Assembly (NCBI GenBank): GCA_043750125.1
Contig: JAYVCD010000039.1
Span: 1 to 35,903 of the forward strand
Origin: Archangiaceae bacterium
Lineage (GTDB): Bacteria > Myxococcota > Myxococcia > Myxococcales > Myxococcaceae
Reading direction: 5' to 3'
Length of the DNA: 35,903 bases
Shown: positions 33,396 to 35,903 of the stretch, one piece after another
Numbering within the stretch: position 1 is the first letter of the stretch
How the letters are laid out: every line of letters starts with the position of its first letter
Position numbers and translations under genes: made by a program
The notes under the pieces: model-generated
Database searches by the model: none
What the model was told of the DNA's origin: nothing
The model's input: the letters and a program-made list of their open reading frames with translations, nothing else

Positions 33396-34639
33396 CGGCG
33401 ACGCCGTGTACCACCCGACGCAGACTGCCGCGAACGCTGCCGCGATTGAGCTCCGCGCCGATGCGACCGGGCGACGAGGCACAGCGCGAGCGCGGCGAGC
33501 CAGGACGTGGAATCGAGGCGGGTGCTGGCGCAGCTGCAGCCGACGGCCAGTGAACGGGCTTTGAGCCGCGCACCCCCGTCTGAGCTGCCCCCGTCTGAAT
33601 CACCGCCGTCTGAATCACCGCCGTCCATCTCAGGGCCCCCATCGCTCGGAAGCTCACCGCCGTCCGAAGCACCCCCGTCTGACTGGGCTCCCGCGTCCAC
33701 GCCGGCGTCGTCTGGCCCGCCATCGAGGCCAGGCCCGAGCGCGATCCACCAATAAGCCGTGCCGCCCTCATTGGCATTGGGCGAAGAGCCAACCCTGAAT
33801 CCATTCGGGAGCAGTGCCGCAATGGCGCCCACCATGGTCGTGTCGTCGTCGAACATCAGCGACAAGTTGGTCATCGCTCCCAACGAGAGGGGGTGAGAGA
33901 GGGCGCGATGATTGTCTCCCTTCAAGAGGACGTATTCGGGAGCGAATCCGAGCCCGAGGATGTCGCGGTTATTGGTCCCCAGCCCGGTGTACGTTCCGAC
34001 CGCAATCGACTGCGGTTGGTTGCGGCCAGCAATGTAGTGAAAGGGAGCGCCAGCCCCATTGACCGAACCCGAGAGACCCACCTCGAAGCCGGTCGCCCTC
34101 ATTGCCTGAATCGCGTCGGTGAAGAGGGCGGCGCTGTTGAAGAACGTGGATGCATCGCCCGGCATTGCCGAAATTCGCCAGACCCCCGGAATGCTGGTTT
34201 CGGGAAGGACGATCACGAAATCGGGCTGAAACCCCACGCTCGAAACCAGCTGGTTGTCGGCGGCGGTGCCGAGGTATTTCCCCACGACCAGCTGACCCGC
34301 CACTGCCTTCGCAGCCACCCACCAATAAGTAACCCCTGCTGCGTTGACTCCGGTGCTGGTCCCCACCGTGAACCCATCGCCGTCCAGCGATTGAAGCTGA
34401 TTGAGCGCGATCGCGGTGCTGCTGAGCATTCCCTTCGAGTACCCAAGGGGCATCGTTGTCGTTCGGGTCACCGCGGGAACAGGAGAGCTTGACTTGATGG
34501 TCACCCAGCTGGGGCTGAAGCCCAGACCGGAAAACACCCGGTTGCTCTGCCCGTTGCCCACGTAGGTGCCGGTCGCGAGAGCCGCTGCGCCCGCCCCGGC
34601 TGGGCTGATCGCAATCATCAGCAGAATCAACCTCCCCAC
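33392..34639 (-). CDS. Surface protein with three ~95-aa repeats, DGG linker and MYXO-CTERM-like tail
   Basis: Signal peptide from GTG 34639. Three repeats (GxYxG...GFxPxxVxxx...GFxVG...N..G..(Y/F)xx(V/I)A), acidic DGG/DAG linker, then GCSC, hydrophobic helix and Arg-rich end. Confidence 0.75.
   Translation of the reverse strand: MGRLILLMIAISPAGAGAAALATGTYVGNGQSNRVFSGLGFSPSWVTIKSSSPVPAVTRTTTMPLGYSKGMLSSTAIALNQLQSLDGDGFTVGTSTGVNAAGVTYWWVAAKAVAGQLVVGKYLGTAADNQLVSSVGFQPDFVIVLPETSIPGVWRISAMPGDASTFFNSAALFTDAIQAMRATGFEVGLSGSVNGAGAPFHYIAGRNQPQSIAVGTYTGLGTNNRDILGLGFAPEYVLLKGDNHRALSHPLSLGAMTNLSLMFDDDTTMVGAIAALLPNGFRVGSSPNANEGGTAYWWIALGPGLDGGPDDAGVDAGAQSDGGASDGGELPSDGGPEMDGGDSDGGDSDGGSSDGGARLKARSLAVGCSCASTRLDSTSWLAALALCLVARSHRRGAQSRQRSRQSASGGTRRRR
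33577..33726 (-). repeat. Intragenic DGG-coding tandem repeats
   Basis: CCGTCTGAATCACCG occurs twice exactly (33591-33620) among degenerate copies encoding SDGG/MDGG/LDGG. Confidence 0.7.
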
Positions 34640-34797
34640 GGGCGGATGGGTAGACAAGGGCGCCGAGCCTATCGCGAGGGCCCACAGATCGCCTTTTCGC
34701 GTCCCTCCGCGGAGCCCATGGACGACTACTGCCCAGCGGCAGCAGATGCGTCGATTTCTGCATTCAAAGGTCAGGCGGGGATCGTTAGTCTGCGGGG

Positions 34798-35280
34798 ATG
34801 AACGCAATTCAATTACTGACCCAGCAGCACCGCCAGATGGAAAAAGCCCTCGAAGCGGTTCTTCAGGCCGAGCCGTCGAAGCAGCGCGCGCTGTTCGAGA
34901 GTGTGGCCGACGAGCTGATGGCCCACGTGGTTTCCGAAGAGACGCTCTTCTACCCAGCGGTGAAAGCCAAACGCACCGAAGACATCCTGCTCGAGTCGCT
35001 CGAAGAGCACCTGTCGCTGAAGCGGATTCTGGCCGACGTGCTGGTGTTGAGAACGTCCGACGAGCACTTCGCGCCGAAGGTGCAGGTCCTGAAGGAACAA
35101 GCCGAACATCACCATCAGGAAGAAGAAGAGAAGCTCTTCCCAACGGTGAAGAAGCTCTTGAACGCCGAAGAGCTCGAAGCCCTCGGGGGGTTGATGGCGG
35201 CGGACCAGGCTTTGTCGCTCGAAGGTCAGCCGCGCAAGTCCGTGGTTCGCCAGACCTCGAAGGCTGCGGATCTCGTTTAG
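34798..35280 (+). CDS. Hemerythrin/HHE domain protein
   Basis: LLTQQH, AHVVSEETLFYP, LEEH, EHHHQEEEEKLFP di-iron ligand pattern. Confidence 0.9.
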   Translation: MNAIQLLTQQHRQMEKALEAVLQAEPSKQRALFESVADELMAHVVSEETLFYPAVKAKRTEDILLESLEEHLSLKRILADVLVLRTSDEHFAPKVQVLKEQAEHHHQEEEEKLFPTVKKLLNAEELEALGGLMAADQALSLEGQPRKSVVRQTSKAADLV

Positions 35281-35326
35281 GCGCTTTAAAACCTTCCCAC
35301 CCGCAGCGGCGGGAGGTGCGGGCGAA

Positions 35327-35903
35327 TCAGCGGTTCATGCCGCCGAGGAACTCCTGATTCGATTTGGTCGGACGAATGTGTTTGAGCACGAACTCCATCG
35401 CATCGATGGGCGTGAACGGATGCAGCACCTGCCGCAGCGCCGTGGTGCGAACGAGATCCGCCGGAGTGAGCAGCAGCTCTTCTTTCCGGGTGCCCGACTT
35501 GTTGATGTCGAGGCAGGGGAAAATGCGCTTTTCGAACAGCTTCCGGTCGAGCACGATTTCGGCATTCCCCGTGCCCTTGAACTCTTCGAAGATCACCTCG
35601 TCCATTCGGCTTCCGGTGTCGATCAGCGCGGTGCCGATGATGGTCAGCGAGCCGCCCTCTTCGATGTTGCGCGCCGCTCCGAAGAACCGCTTCGGCTTGT
35701 GAAGCGCATTGGCGTCGACGCCGCCCGAAAGGATTTTTCCGGAAGGAGGCACGACCGAGTTGTAGGCGCGCGCCAGTCGGGTAATCGAGTCGAGCAGAAT
35801 GACCACGTGGTGCTTCTGCTCGACGAGGCGCTTGGCCTTGTCGATCACCATCTCGGCGACCTGCACGTGGCGGGTGGCGGGCTCGTCGAAGGTGGACGAG
35901 ACG
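35327..35903 (-). CDS. rho: Transcription termination factor Rho, 3' part (5' end outside the window)
   Basis: [74 protein letters not shown]. Confidence 0.97.
   Translation of the reverse strand, partial: VSSTFDEPATRHVQVAEMVIDKAKRLVEQKHHVVILLDSITRLARAYNSVVPPSGKILSGGVDANALHKPKRFFGAARNIEEGGSLTIIGTALIDTGSRMDEVIFEEFKGTGNAEIVLDRKLFEKRIFPCLDINKSGTRKEELLLTPADLVRTTALRQVLHPFTPIDAMEFVLKHIRPTKSNQEFLGGMNR

Noticed and set aside
33577..33726. Short direct repeats as a possible CRISPR array
   Set aside because: They are in-frame DGG-coding repeats without unique spacers, and no cas genes are present.
34640..35143. 5' extension of the 583-aa ORF 33392-35143
   Set aside because: It overlaps the hemerythrin gene in antisense; the signal peptide begins at GTG 34639.
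35291..35318. Hairpin between the hemerythrin gene and rho as a bidirectional terminator
   Set aside because: The stem (CCCGC/GCGGG) is short and interrupted, with no U-tract on the plus strand; too weak to call.

Overview
GC-rich chromosomal segment from a myxobacterium (Myxococcota; the carD-carG pair with an HMGA-type CarD points to the Cystobacterineae/Myxococcales lineage). It runs from carD-carG to the 3' part of rho and holds about 35 genes. These include a GT-C (PMT/ArnT-like) glycosyltransferase, several Cys-rich lipoproteins, an NmrA-like protein with a multicopper oxidase, an S8 protease lipoprotein abutting a membrane adenylate cyclase, a lipase, a SEC-C-type methionine aminopeptidase, an orphan TonB receptor plus solute-binding protein, an aldehyde dehydrogenase, a four-domain peptidoglycan hydrolase, WGR, Ycf46-like AAA, START, MYXO-CTERM-like and hemerythrin proteins. 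A ~3.7 kb block (19.0-22.8 kb) is a decaying accessory island with frameshifts, a nonsense codon and a deletion junction joining two truncated convergent genes. I saw no rRNA, tRNA, CRISPR array, transposase or integrase, and no complete novel system can be claimed. The best leads are the atypical CarG zinc motif, the dual-catalytic cell-wall hydrolase without a signal peptide, the repeat-domain surface protein, the decayed lipoprotein island and recurrent CTG starts. All calls come from motif recognition by eye; no searches were run.
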